DNA of 64,000 nt from Pseudogracilibacillus sp. (GTDB lineage Bacteria; Bacillota; Bacilli; Bacillales; Amphibacillaceae): the NCBI GenBank assembly GCA_035301445.1, contig DATGUH010000153.1, positions 8,196-72,195 of the forward strand, written 5' to 3'. The notes below the pieces were generated by a model. It saw only the letters and a program-made list of their open reading frames with translations, did no database searches and was not told the DNA's origin. Shown one piece after another: positions 1 to 9,772 of the stretch. The number at the start of each line of letters is the position of its first letter. Within the stretch, counting starts at the first letter, position 1. The position numbers and the translations under genes are program-made.

Positions 1-1206
1 TGCTCTTATGCTTAAATTCTTGTTGGATGCAAGGACTCGTAATTTATCCATCCAAGTGGCTCCAAACACTTTTACACGACCAATGTGATATTTATCTTCG
101 CTAGATTTATCAGGACCCTTTCTGGCATAAATATAGCCACAGGAACATTCGAATGTACCGATAGGAGCTGTTGTTTTAAAATCTCTTGTAATCTTTACAT
201 TACTGATTACCAATTGCTTATAATGATCGGCAGCCTTATTTAAGCATGGCCAAGGACCTTTACCGAAAGGACCTAAATCCTCACGAACACGAAAAAGTTC
301 TTCTACGTCTTTTCCTAAAAAGTACAGAAAGAATAGATGGCGCAAAGGATGGACATGACGCTTTTCGTTGCGAGTTAATACCTTGAGCCAATTGTGTTCA
401 TCTTCCCCGTTAAAATTCGATTCGTACTTTTCTAGAAATCCTTTTGGGAAATTCACTTGAAATGCATCAAATAACTCTTTTTGCCTTACTTGGTTTGATG
501 TAGTAATTAAATTTTTCTCTTTAAGAAGCATTTGATACCTTTTAAAGATTTCCTCACGAGAGAACACTACTATATCAACATTTAACAGTTGATATGCCAT
601 TGTCGCTAAATTTACTTGGATATCAAATCGTTCAGGGTACACCACCTCCTGTATAACAGATAAATCCATTTTTTGTACCTCAAACCGAATAAACTTGATA
701 CGACTATGCTCGGTAAATTCATCTGGATATTTCTTTAGTTGTAAATAATGATGCGCACACAAGTCTATGCCCTGTAATTGATGCTCCCTATGAATGTATG
801 GTTCTCCGTATCTATCAATATCACCCTTGGCGCATTGTGAGCAGTAGTATAATCCATCTTTCTTGCAAATACCTCCTGCAATCATGCCAAGTCTCGTATA
901 AAGACCCTTTCCGTCACCTTGAACGTCCCACAGAATCTCTTGCTGTCGCTGTTTAGAAAGGAATGGAGCATAAAACGGATAAATAGTATGTTTTGCTAAC
1001 AGACTTTCTACCGAGTAACGGTTTCCTATTTGTTGAGCTAAAGCATCAAAATGGCTACCAATCTCTAAACTCGGTATCACAGAACGACTTTGAAACACTT
1101 CTTCCAACGTATCTTTGTAATCTATATTTCCACTATAAAAATGATAACGTGCAATCGCTGAATAAATTAATTCATCGGGATATGGATCTGTAAAGAATGG
1201 CAGCAT
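1..1206 (-). CDS. tnsD: TnsD/TniQ family target-selection protein (partial, 3' end outside window; absent from ORF track)
   Basis: Manual translation from ATG 1206 (RBS GGAGG): MLPFFTDPYPDELIYSAIARYH... with TniQ zinc motif YCSQC...HREHQL..IDLCAHH, HVHPLRHL, GPWPCLN and CSCG; frame open to position 1. Confidence 0.9.
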   Translation of the reverse strand, partial: MLPFFTDPYPDELIYSAIARYHFYSGNIDYKDTLEEVFQSRSVIPSLEIGSHFDALAQQIGNRYSVESLLAKHTIYPFYAPFLSKQRQQEILWDVQGDGKGLYTRLGMIAGGICKKDGLYYCSQCAKGDIDRYGEPYIHREHQLQGIDLCAHHYLQLKKYPDEFTEHSRIKFIRFEVQKMDLSVIQEVVYPERFDIQVNLATMAYQLLNVDIVVFSREEIFKRYQMLLKEKNLITTSNQVRQKELFDAFQVNFPKGFLEKYESNFNGEDEHNWLKVLTRNEKRHVHPLRHLFFLYFLGKDVEELFRVREDLGPFGKGPWPCLNKAADHYKQLVISNVKITRDFKTTAPIGTFECSCGYIYARKGPDKSSEDKYHIGRVKVFGATWMDKLRVLASNKNLSIRA

Positions 1207-1217
1207 TTGCTTCCCTC

Positions 1218-2909
1218 CTAGTAGAACTCCTTCAAAGGTTTTTTAATGTATCCATTTGCTTTTAATAATTCATAGGGGTGTTGCTTTTTTTCCAATGCTT
1301 GCTTTCTTAGCTTTAGTAATGGTAGAACCTCTACATTTTTTACTTTTGCCTTTGCTTTTTGATCTTTCTTTTGTTGATTTAAGGCAATCGCCTGCTGAAT
1401 CGCATCTGATTTAAGTTGATTAAATTCAGTATCAAGTGAATTTTCTTCAACTATTTTTTGTACGAGTTTTTTTATATCATTCTCTTTCAAACTATCAAAA
1501 ATACCAAGGGCTGCTACTTCAACACTTAAGTTTTCGATCATGTCTTGACGTTTATACTCGATTCTATTTTGTCGTTCCTTAAACGCCTCCTGAATACGTC
1601 CTGCTATTTCTGTATTTCGCTTATGGTTCAGCATAACTTCATCCAGGTTGATCATGATATCTTCATATTTCATCATATCGGCAATATTGTTTGTCCGAAT
1701 AGCTGTCATCATTGGTTGAATCGTTTGCATATCTTCTTTCGCAGTCTTTTTCAGTACTTGTGGCGTAATGATTTCATTCGGGTTGCCCTCATCAAATAAT
1801 GCGCGTTCTTGTGCTAAAATAAATAAGTTCATAGCAACAGCAGTAATCCCTTGGCATTCGTAATAAAATGATTTCTTTAATTCCTCAGTAAGCTCAGAAT
1901 AGGTTTTTAAACACTGTAATTCCCAAAGAGTTTCTAAGAAGAACTCCCATTCTTCACTATTTTCCGCCATACGATCCCAAATAATAGCTCCATCACTTGC
2001 AGCTCGTCTTGCCTGCCTGAAATTCCCCTTAAATAGTTTTTGTGCCTTAGAAGTACCAATTAATACGGTTGGAATGCCAACCGTATTAGATAGCGTTACA
2101 AAGAAATTCAGCATTTCTTCCTGATCATTTTTAGAATGTAGTAGGTGCTGGATTTCATCAATTACCAGAACGCCAATGCCATACATGCTTGCTAATGAAG
2201 TCATGTGCAATAACATGGTCGATGTCACTCGATTTAAGTAACCGAATTTCTCAAGATATCTTGTTCCTAACAAGTCATCAATCGCTTTAAAGAAACTTTT
2301 ACATAGAGTAGATAAGCTTCCATCATAAGGACAGTCAATTTTAAGCCATACAATTTGGGTCCGATTAAACGGTTGTCCCTTGTATTCTTCATGCTTGATT
2401 ACCTGTGGATACATAAGCAAAAGACGTTCAATTGCCGTTGTTTTACCAATTCCAGAAATACCAATAATGGATAAACTATCGGCGGTCGAGCGAATATAAT
2501 CCAGTCTTTCATCGATATATTTATGTGTGGTCTCTTCTTCACGCAATTCATGCAATACACGAATACGCTCTAAAAATGTTATGTCTAAAGGATTACGTGC
2601 TAAGTAACTCCTACGAATCAACGTTGATAAACGACGTTCTACCTCGAAGTGAATAGGCAAGGGCTGGATAAAATTCCTCACACGTTTTAATACGTGATAG
2701 CGAATATTCGTTGCACTTAACTTATCTTGCCTACTAATTCGTGGGGTCACCATAAATCTTTCCAACACATCATCCTCACTGAAAATCGCTGGAAGAGCTT
2801 CGATGAAAGGATTATTGGTATATTCACTTAAAGGTTGTTCCTTATAGGTACCTTTTTCAAATTCTCCTTTTAAAACAACCATGTCATTTGTTTTTCCCAA
2901 ATTCCTCAT
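1218..2909 (-). CDS. tnsC: TnsC AAA+ ATPase transposition regulator
   Basis: NPFIEALP, Walker A GISGIGKT, WLKIDCP, Walker B VLVIDEIQH; lies between tnsB and tnsD. Confidence 0.93.
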   Translation of the reverse strand: MRNLGKTNDMVVLKGEFEKGTYKEQPLSEYTNNPFIEALPAIFSEDDVLERFMVTPRISRQDKLSATNIRYHVLKRVRNFIQPLPIHFEVERRLSTLIRRSYLARNPLDITFLERIRVLHELREEETTHKYIDERLDYIRSTADSLSIIGISGIGKTTAIERLLLMYPQVIKHEEYKGQPFNRTQIVWLKIDCPYDGSLSTLCKSFFKAIDDLLGTRYLEKFGYLNRVTSTMLLHMTSLASMYGIGVLVIDEIQHLLHSKNDQEEMLNFFVTLSNTVGIPTVLIGTSKAQKLFKGNFRQARRAASDGAIIWDRMAENSEEWEFFLETLWELQCLKTYSELTEELKKSFYYECQGITAVAMNLFILAQERALFDEGNPNEIITPQVLKKTAKEDMQTIQPMMTAIRTNNIADMMKYEDIMINLDEVMLNHKRNTEIAGRIQEAFKERQNRIEYKRQDMIENLSVEVAALGIFDSLKENDIKKLVQKIVEENSLDTEFNQLKSDAIQQAIALNQQKKDQKAKAKVKNVEVLPLLKLRKQALEKKQHPYELLKANGYIKKPLKEFY

Positions 2910-5040
2910 CTCGCTTCTTCTTTAATTTTTGCATTAGTCGTGAGGATGATTTCTTAGGTGGTGTCTCATCGACCTTTTCTTTTGTAGCGAAGTCAATTAC
3001 TTCAGCTGATTCACTAACCTTATCAGGTGATAAATCAAATTTTTCAGATTCACGGTTTAATTGTTTTTCAACATCCTTGTTATCACGAATAGAAGCTATT
3101 TTGGCTTTCTTACTCGTTGGTTGGTTGTATGATTGTTTTTTATTTTTCACAGCATTTTTAATGATCTCTTCCATTGCTGCATCTGTATTTACTGTGAGTT
3201 GAATTTGATTCGTACGTTCTATTTCTTCTAGTTCGTTTCGAAGTTGTTGTTGGAAGACAATTTCTTCCAATAAATCTTCTTTATATTGCTGACTTGGTTC
3301 TAACAAAATACACGTCTCAAAGTCCATTCCGTTATCATGGGGAATATAGATTTTTTCGACGTGTCTAGGATCATAAACAACTTCTACACTTCTATTTTTC
3401 AACTTCAAATACCAATCCTCTTCAATCGCTCTTTGAGAACCGTATAGAAGGTTTTTAAATTTTATTCCTGCCCTTGAAATTGTTGCTTTCCCTCTCGGTA
3501 GCACGTTCAAGCGAAGAATATTTCTATCAATTGTTCTTAGCCTTCCCGTGCGATTTTGAATGCCCCAACTCCATAAATTAATTGGCGTTGGAACTAACCC
3601 CTCTGCGACCATTTCTTTTTCAACAGGGTATTTATCAATGACTTTTTGATTGTGATGCAGCGCCATTGTAATAATAAGAGACGTAAACTCCTTTAAATTC
3701 AGCGTAGCATTTAAGCGATAATCCTGATCTCCACGCTCTCTATATTCCTTTTGAATCGCTCCAGGTGCCTTTTGCTTCAGCTTACCGTTAAACGTACGAA
3801 ATTTCCTTTCAACAATTCCTTTTAAATCTCCACGATAAGCCGTAGTATTCTCAATTTTAATATTAAGATTGTTAATGAGATTGTCTACCGAATAACCTTC
3901 AAACTCACCTCGGTCAGCGATAATTATTTCAGGCAAATGATGTGTTGGCCATTGCTCAGGAGTTATATCAATTCCATATTGCTTACAAAATTCCACCTTG
4001 TCTGCAACCATATTATCTAAAGCCATCATTGCTCCGATCCATGATGGACCTTCTAGTCCGACATAAAGCCCTGTGATAATACGTGAATATACATCAAGAA
4101 CAGCATAAATAACTGGTCGTCCAATTACTTTATTTACATCAAGCGAACTAACTAAATAGATATCAGCAATAGTTGCGTCAATCTGGAATCTAGTTCCAGG
4201 ACCATTTGTTTCCGATTTAGAATTACCTAAAATTGGACGATGCTTCAATTCATACTCTTTCGTACTTTTACGAAATTGAATATCTTTTTTTGGATCTTCT
4301 AGCTTTTTAAACCAATAGTAAAACTGATGGTAAGAGGGCGTTCGGGTAGCATCCCAAATACGGTATTTCAGCTCACCGTTTTCCTTGTAGCGATCAGAAT
4401 AGAAGTCACGTAGCATAAAATTATATACATCTTTTAAAGAATAGTTATTCTTTTTCCTGTAGTACTTATTGATAACGTGTTCAATTTGGACCTTAACTTC
4501 TTCTGTAATGTTAATCCCAGTTTGATATTCATTATTTAAATTTACTCTTCTAGGACGACCAACTTTTTCTTTCGTTAAAGCTTTCGTTTTACCTTTACCA
4601 CCTGAATTAGAGTAGTCAGGTAACATGGCGTTTTTTGTCATTCCACGCTGCCAATAGCGAGTTAGCAACTTTTTAATCTTTGTCTTACCTAAGTTGCTAT
4701 CCCTAACTACTTCAATAATTTTATTCTCTCTCCCTTGTTTACGGAGCAAATCTTGCATATTAGGCACGCAGTATTTTTGTATAGTTTCCCAATCTTCTTC
4801 GCGCTTACGAATTTGTACCTCTGTTAAATCACCTTCAGAAATCATTTTTGCATAAGGATCACTAATTGCTAACAGTTCACCTTGCTTGATGTCTGTGGTT
4901 AGGCTAGAGTATAGCTCTTTTCGTGGCATAGCACTGCTGGTGTCAATATTAACTATATATACATGTGGTTCTTCAATATCTATTACCCGAATTCTCTTTG
5001 AATCTGTTACATATTGAAATACCTGATTAATATAAATCAT
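2884..5040 (-). CDS. tnsB: TnsB DDE transposase
   Basis: RYWQRG..NAMLPDY, GPGTRFQIDATIAD (D), IIADRGE (D), KGIVERKF (E); 718 aa. Confidence 0.94.
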   Translation of the reverse strand: MIYINQVFQYVTDSKRIRVIDIEEPHVYIVNIDTSSAMPRKELYSSLTTDIKQGELLAISDPYAKMISEGDLTEVQIRKREEDWETIQKYCVPNMQDLLRKQGRENKIIEVVRDSNLGKTKIKKLLTRYWQRGMTKNAMLPDYSNSGGKGKTKALTKEKVGRPRRVNLNNEYQTGINITEEVKVQIEHVINKYYRKKNNYSLKDVYNFMLRDFYSDRYKENGELKYRIWDATRTPSYHQFYYWFKKLEDPKKDIQFRKSTKEYELKHRPILGNSKSETNGPGTRFQIDATIADIYLVSSLDVNKVIGRPVIYAVLDVYSRIITGLYVGLEGPSWIGAMMALDNMVADKVEFCKQYGIDITPEQWPTHHLPEIIIADRGEFEGYSVDNLINNLNIKIENTTAYRGDLKGIVERKFRTFNGKLKQKAPGAIQKEYRERGDQDYRLNATLNLKEFTSLIITMALHHNQKVIDKYPVEKEMVAEGLVPTPINLWSWGIQNRTGRLRTIDRNILRLNVLPRGKATISRAGIKFKNLLYGSQRAIEEDWYLKLKNRSVEVVYDPRHVEKIYIPHDNGMDFETCILLEPSQQYKEDLLEEIVFQQQLRNELEEIERTNQIQLTVNTDAAMEEIIKNAVKNKKQSYNQPTSKKAKIASIRDNKDVEKQLNRESEKFDLSPDKVSESAEVIDFATKEKVDETPPKKSSSRLMQKLKKKRDEEFGKNK

Positions 5041-5876
5041 CCGTATTTCACCTTCTCTAATTTACTTTCATCAACATACTTAACATCAGTTGGCTTCTCT
5101 AAATCAATTGGCTTGTACATATCTGTAACCATAATTTTTTTGGCAAGCAAATGATAAAACAACGTAACACCACTACCGAAAGGCAAGTGTGTATCTGCAT
5201 CAAACTCACTAGCAATTTCTCGGATACTTTGCGAATTATTCAATAGACGACTCATAAGAGACAATGATAAATCATCAATTTGTTGGTCAGCCATTTCTCG
5301 ATATACATCATAGTTCCGAATATCAAAATAATCATGGATATAACTAATATTTCTAGCCACGGTCTTATCAATTTCTTCCTCTGTTACGATACCCCAACTA
5401 ATGCCTCTACGCTCCCAGTAAACCCGTTCAATTTCGAATTTCTCTAACACACGTTCTTCTAGAAGCTTATCTTTCATTTTGATAGTATGAGCAACTTCAA
5501 ATACACCTTGTCCCTTGTCAACTGTTAATAAAAAGTCCGTTGACATAACAATCGGATCGCCTGTTTTTGGATCAGCTGGGTGTTTAATTCCAAGCTCTTC
5601 CGCAATGACAATTGTCTCTTCTTGTGGTAATAAAGGAAATTGTTCACGAATATCTAAAACGGCATCGGAAAATTCAGTCAAATAAAAATAATTTCGTTCC
5701 AAATCCGATAAAAACTCATGTTGTCTGCCAGTTTTTATACCTTTTAATCTCGTTGACCGACCTAGTGAGGAAACATCTTGAATTTTTAGCCATGGCTGAT
5801 AATCTGCCCCACTGCCAGTTCCTCTACCTTCTTTGATCCACTTATCTATTTTAGATGTTCTTTTTCTTTTCGCCAC
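5037..5876 (-). CDS. tnsA: TnsA endonuclease
   Basis: EGRGTGSGADYQPWL, HEFLSDLER, DIREQFPL, MSTDFL, EKFEIERVYW motifs; GTG start with AAAGGGG RBS. Confidence 0.94.
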   Translation of the reverse strand: MAKRKRTSKIDKWIKEGRGTGSGADYQPWLKIQDVSSLGRSTRLKGIKTGRQHEFLSDLERNYFYLTEFSDAVLDIREQFPLLPQEETIVIAEELGIKHPADPKTGDPIVMSTDFLLTVDKGQGVFEVAHTIKMKDKLLEERVLEKFEIERVYWERRGISWGIVTEEEIDKTVARNISYIHDYFDIRNYDVYREMADQQIDDLSLSLMSRLLNNSQSIREIASEFDADTHLPFGSGVTLFYHLLAKKIMVTDMYKPIDLEKPTDVKYVDESKLEKVKYG

Positions 5877-5895
5877 AAAAACACCCCTTTAGACA

Positions 5896-5924
5896 ATCAT
5901 ATCCAAAGGGGTGAAACTTCGCAA
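5896..5924 (-). promoter_or_regulatory. sigmaA-type promoter for tnsA, with -35 overlapping the innermost TnsB site
   Basis: TTGCGA (5924-5919), 17-bp spacer, TATGAT (5901-5896). Confidence 0.7.
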
Positions 5925-6002
5925 CTTTTTTATAAACATCGCGACTTTGTTTTAAACATCGCATCTTTTTTACAAACGTCGCGACTTTATTTCAAACCTA
6001 CA
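5915..6002 (-). repeat. Transposon right end: 8-bp terminus plus four contiguous 20-bp TnsB-binding sites
   Basis: Minus strand: TGTAGGTT / TGAAATAAAGTCGCGACGTT / TGTAAAAAAGATGCGATGTT / TAAAACAAAGTCGCGATGTT / TATAAAAAAGTTGCGAAGTT; the AATAAAGTC core resembles Tn7 TnsB sites. Confidence 0.92.
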
Positions 6003-6417
6003 TATAGGGTACAAAACGCTTTAACGCATGGCCAACCCACACTAAACATTTTGTACGGAGATTCAAACGAATAACCGCACCGCCTAAAACGAGCGATGAA
6101 ACGCGCTCAGGATAATCGTCTGCAATCGTCTGCGCTACAATCGTTCCGAGGGACATCCCAACGATATGGGACTTCTGAATGTGTAACTCATCTAACACGT
6201 CGACAACTTCTTTTGCGATTTCTGTAAAATTATCGCCCTTTTCCCACAGCCCACGCTCAGATTTTCCATGACCTCTCAAATCCAATACGAGTACATTGTA
6301 TTCTTTTCGAAATGCACGAACTTGCTTAAACCAAGTAGATGAACTCGCTCCCGCTCCATGAATAAATGTCACCCATGGCACGTCTAGTCCGATTATATAT
6401 GTTTTGTAATGAAGCAT
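5998..6417 (-). pseudogene. Alpha/beta-fold hydrolase truncated by the transposon insertion
   Basis: FIHGAG, DLRGHGKS and GMSLG nucleophile elbow present; the ORF stops after about 139 aa at a TAG supplied by the transposon end (TAT A|TG TAG); the acid/His half of the fold is missing. Confidence 0.85.
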
Positions 6418-6631
6418 TTTATTCATCCTCCACAATCATTTACCTCTTCATTATATCGATATAACAAAGAGCTAATCCTCTTTAACTTATCATGACGTCC
6501 ACCCTTTCTCAATTAATTATAGAGGATTCCATCATACCTACTTTCCCTTTTTGTCAATCTTGTGGCGATTCAATCGTTATTTGCATATAAAAAAGCCAGA
6601 TGCACTACGCACATGGCTCGTATACCTCATA

Positions 6632-7144
6632 TTATTTTTCAAGTAATTTTAATGATTCACGGTTAAACGCTGGGAGATCTGCTGGTGTTCGACTTGTCAC
6701 CAATTGATTTTGACATACAACGACTTCTTTATCTGCAAAATTAACGCCCGCATATTCCATATCGACTTGAATCGATTTATAACCTGTTGCATCCCGACCT
6801 TCTAATGCTTTTGCGGTAATGAGTAATTGCGGTCCGTGACAAATTGCAAAGACTGGCTTATCACCGTCCATAAATGCTTTCGCAAATTGAACGAATCGGT
6901 CATCTGCCCGTAATTGGTCTGGTGAAAATCCACCAGGTATTAATAATGCATCAAAATCTTCTGGTTTCACTTGATCAATTCCTTGGTCAGACGTGAAGAC
7001 TTCACCTTTTTTCCCTTTAATCTCTGCACCAGCTTCTTTTTCAATAATCACGACTTCATGTCCTGCTTCTTGAAAGGCTTTTGCTGGTTCCGTAAACTCA
7101 GAATCCTCCACTAAATTTGTCATGACCGTTGCAATTTTTGCCAT
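6632..7144 (-). CDS. PfpI/DJ-1 family protein (YfkM/YraA-like glyoxalase III / general stress protein)
   Basis: EDSEF, DALLIPGGFSPDQLR, FAICHGPQLL; RBS AAGGAGG before ATG 7144. Confidence 0.9.
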   Translation of the reverse strand: MAKIATVMTNLVEDSEFTEPAKAFQEAGHEVVIIEKEAGAEIKGKKGEVFTSDQGIDQVKPEDFDALLIPGGFSPDQLRADDRFVQFAKAFMDGDKPVFAICHGPQLLITAKALEGRDATGYKSIQVDMEYAGVNFADKEVVVCQNQLVTSRTPADLPAFNRESLKLLEK

Positions 7145-7182
7145 TGATTCAAACGCCTCCTTAAGATCATTGTCTTCTATGT

Positions 7183-7207
7183 TTACCACGTTCTATACAT
7201 TCAAAAC
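7183..7207 (-). promoter_or_regulatory. Putative sigmaB promoter for the PfpI gene
   Basis: GTTTTG-N13-TGGTAA against consensus GTTTAA-N12-14-GGGWAW; the gene family is sigmaB-controlled in Bacillus. Confidence 0.45.
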
Positions 7208-7222
7208 ATACAACCATCAGCT

Positions 7223-7822
7223 TTACTTACGAAACTTCGATACGTACTGATTGCCCTTTTCATAAAAACGCCACGGATAATGAACCGCTTCCCCACTATT
7301 CCCAATACCAATACGTGGGCTTGTTTCAACCTCTCCTGTAAACTGGCCTTCCGCAATATATAAAGGCGGCTTCGTCCAACAATGCCCGTAATACGCCTTT
7401 GTAATATTTAACGCTTTTGTTAACTTGCCAGGCCCATTCGTCCAATTGACTTGTTTCAAATGTGCCCCGCGATAATGTTTCATCTGCTCAAGCCCTTCAA
7501 TCGGTTCAACTGCGCGAATTAAGATTGCATGCGGTGTGCCAACTGGTCCCGCAACAACATTAATAAGTGTATGTGTATGCATTTCATAAGCATAAAGCTT
7601 TCCAGGTTCACCAAACATAATTTCTGTTCGCTTCGTTCGACGATTGCCAAAACTATGAGCCGCCTGATCCAGTGGTCCTTGGTATGCTTCTGTTTCAACA
7701 ATTTTAGCGACTAATACACCTTCAGGTAATTCATGGACGATAAATTGTCCAATGAGTGCTTCTGCTAATTGGAGTGCTGGTTGTTCAAAAAAATGTTGCG
7801 GAACAGGTTCGTACATATACAC
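7223..7822 (-). CDS. 3-methyladenine DNA glycosylase (MPG/AAG family)
   Basis: IVETEAY.GPLDQAAHS, AILIRAVEP, TNGPGKLTKAL, SPRIGI, PWRFY. Confidence 0.92.
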   Translation of the reverse strand: MYMYEPVPQHFFEQPALQLAEALIGQFIVHELPEGVLVAKIVETEAYQGPLDQAAHSFGNRRTKRTEIMFGEPGKLYAYEMHTHTLINVVAGPVGTPHAILIRAVEPIEGLEQMKHYRGAHLKQVNWTNGPGKLTKALNITKAYYGHCWTKPPLYIAEGQFTGEVETSPRIGIGNSGEAVHYPWRFYEKGNQYVSKFRK

Positions 7823-7884
7823 ACCCTCCTTTTCTTTCGTTATACTACAATTAAGACATGCTATTTTTAAAGGGGGATTTTTTC

Positions 7885-8181
7885 ATGAAAAACTTACAAC
7901 AAGACATTATTCAATTTGTCGAAAAGAGAAACTGGACGAACAATCAAGATATACGCAATTTGGCCATATCGATTAATTTAGAAGCAAGTGAGCTATTAGA
8001 GCATTTTCAATGGTGTAATGCAGCTGAAGCTATTCGTCAAGAAAAAGACGAAATTGCAGAAGAAGCAGCCGATATTCTTATTTACTTACTTCAGTTTGCC
8101 CATTATGCCGATTTTGATTTACAAGAAGCGGTAAAGAAAAAACTTGCTAAAAATGAACAGCGTTTTCCAATCCACTCATAA
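7885..8181 (+). CDS. MazG-like nucleotide pyrophosphohydrolase (dCTPase type)
   Basis: F..RNW..NLAISINLEASELLEHFQW...EEAADILIYLL...K..KNEQRFP; RBS AAGGGGG. Confidence 0.85.
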   Translation: MKNLQQDIIQFVEKRNWTNNQDIRNLAISINLEASELLEHFQWCNAAEAIRQEKDEIAEEAADILIYLLQFAHYADFDLQEAVKKKLAKNEQRFPIHS

Positions 8182-8189
8182 TTTGCGTA

Positions 8190-8231
8190 AAAATGACTTG
8201 CCTCTCACGATCAAAAGACAAGTCATTTTTT
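8190..8231. terminator. Bidirectional intrinsic terminator
   Basis: AAAAATGACTTG...CAAGTCATTTTTTT hairpin between convergent genes. Confidence 0.7.
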
Positions 8232-9118
8232 TATTTTAATAAACCCTTTTCCTCCAAAAACGCACGTGCAACATCTTCTGGTTTTTCCTCATCTAAATCG
8301 ACACGCGCATTCATCTTTAACATCTCTTCTTCAGAAATTTCACCAGCCAATGCTTGCAACACTTCTTCTAGTTCGGGGAAATCATCCAATGTTTCTTGGC
8401 GAACAATCGGTGCTGCATCGTACTTAGGGAAAAATGCTAAATCATCTTCCGTCGTTTGTAATTCAAATAACTGAATGCGACTATCAGTTGTAAATGCTGG
8501 AATAACATCGACTTCTCCGTTTTTCACCGCTTCGTACATAATGTTCGGATCTAAATCACGCGTATCGCTAAATTCCATCTCATATTCATCGATTAAATCA
8601 TTATATCCGTCTCCTTCACGTTCGTAAAACGAGTGAGGTCCTCCAAATACAACATCTTGTTTCTGAGAAATTTCTGCCACATCAGAGTACGTTTCCGCAC
8701 CGTCGAGTACTTCATTAGCATATGCCAATGTATAACTATTTTCGAATCCTAATGGTTCTAACCAAACGACATCAAATTTCTCTTTATATCCTTCTTTTAC
8801 TCGTTTATACACATCTTCTGATGATTCACCAGGTGCTGTATCTTCTTTCAATACATCTTTCAATCCAGTACCCGTATATTCTACATATAAATCGATTTCC
8901 CCTTTTTCAATCGCCGGTGTTAAAATCGATACTTCACCAAGACCTTCTTTGTATGACACGTCATAATCTGTTTGTTCTTCAATATAAATCCCGAGCACAT
9001 AGGGTAAAATAAACTGCTCTGTCCACGGCTTACCTCCAATAACAATTTCCTCTTTACTCCCACAAGCACTTAATAATAATACAATCCCCAACAAACTACC
9101 GAGCAATGATTTCTTCAT
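8231..9118 (-). CDS. Glycine betaine/osmoprotectant ABC transporter substrate-binding lipoprotein (OpuCC-like)
   Basis: Lipobox LSACG, GEIDLYVEYTGT, LGFENSY, FFPKYDAAPIVR. Confidence 0.88.
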   Translation of the reverse strand: MKKSLLGSLLGIVLLLSACGSKEEIVIGGKPWTEQFILPYVLGIYIEEQTDYDVSYKEGLGEVSILTPAIEKGEIDLYVEYTGTGLKDVLKEDTAPGESSEDVYKRVKEGYKEKFDVVWLEPLGFENSYTLAYANEVLDGAETYSDVAEISQKQDVVFGGPHSFYEREGDGYNDLIDEYEMEFSDTRDLDPNIMYEAVKNGEVDVIPAFTTDSRIQLFELQTTEDDLAFFPKYDAAPIVRQETLDDFPELEEVLQALAGEISEEEMLKMNARVDLDEEKPEDVARAFLEEKGLLK

Positions 9119-9139
9119 ATCGTCTCCTCCATCTATCAT

Positions 9140-9772
9140 TCAAATTCCTTTTGGTGTTACTTTTTTCTCTACCCATTTCAATACATAATCAAAAATAATT
9201 GCAAGAAGTGCTACAGGTAATGCACCAGCAAGTACTAACGAGTTATTATACGATTGCAATCCTCGATAAATCACATCACCTAACCCACCTGCTCCGACAA
9301 ATGTGGCTAATGTAGCAATGCCGACCGTTAATACAGTTGCAGTACGAATACCAGCCATAATAATTGGTAAAGCGATTGGAAGTTCAATTTTCACCAATAT
9401 TTGTTGTGGTGTCATGCCCATCCCTTTTCCTGCATCGATAATCGATTCATCGGCACTCGTTAGCCCTGTATATGTATTCCGTACAATCGGTAATAACGCA
9501 TAAATAATGAGTGCGATTAATGCTGTTTTCGAGCCAATCCCAATTAATGGTACGAGAAAACCAAACAGAGCTAAGCTTGGAATTGTTTGTAAAATCGCAG
9601 TCACGCCAATAATTGGTTCAGCAAACTTTCGATAACGTGCGACAAATATCCCTAAAGGGAGTGCAATAATCGTCCCTACTGCCAGTGCAACAAATGATAA
9701 ATACATATGTTGTAAGAAGGCTTCTAAAATGAAGTCCGAACGACTTGTAAACGTTTCCAAAAAGTGATTCAT
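9140..9772 (-). CDS. Osmoprotectant ABC transporter permease (OpuCB/CD-like)
   Basis: QTIPSLALFG, IIDAGKGMGMT..QIL..IELP, ATFVGAGGLG. Confidence 0.9.
   Translation of the reverse strand: MNHFLETFTSRSDFILEAFLQHMYLSFVALAVGTIIALPLGIFVARYRKFAEPIIGVTAILQTIPSLALFGFLVPLIGIGSKTALIALIIYALLPIVRNTYTGLTSADESIIDAGKGMGMTPQQILVKIELPIALPIIMAGIRTATVLTVGIATLATFVGAGGLGDVIYRGLQSYNNSLVLAGALPVALLAIIFDYVLKWVEKKVTPKGI

Larger units (their letters stand above)
1..6002 (-). mobile_element. Tn7-like transposon, right (tnsA-proximal) part; continues beyond left edge of window
   Basis: tnsA-tnsB-tnsC-tnsD in canonical order on the minus strand; the terminus reads 5'-TGTAGGTT on the minus strand from 6002, followed by four tandem 20-bp repeats. 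Confidence 0.95.

Noticed and set aside
1-6002. CRISPR-associated transposon (CAST)
   Set aside because: No cas genes or array in the visible part, and TnsD is the long sequence-specific type; cannot be excluded for the part outside the window.
6003-6075. glmS-like attTn7 pseudo-site in the hydrolase
   Set aside because: Only scattered matches to a PRNLAKSVTVE-coding sequence; not distinguishable from chance by eye.
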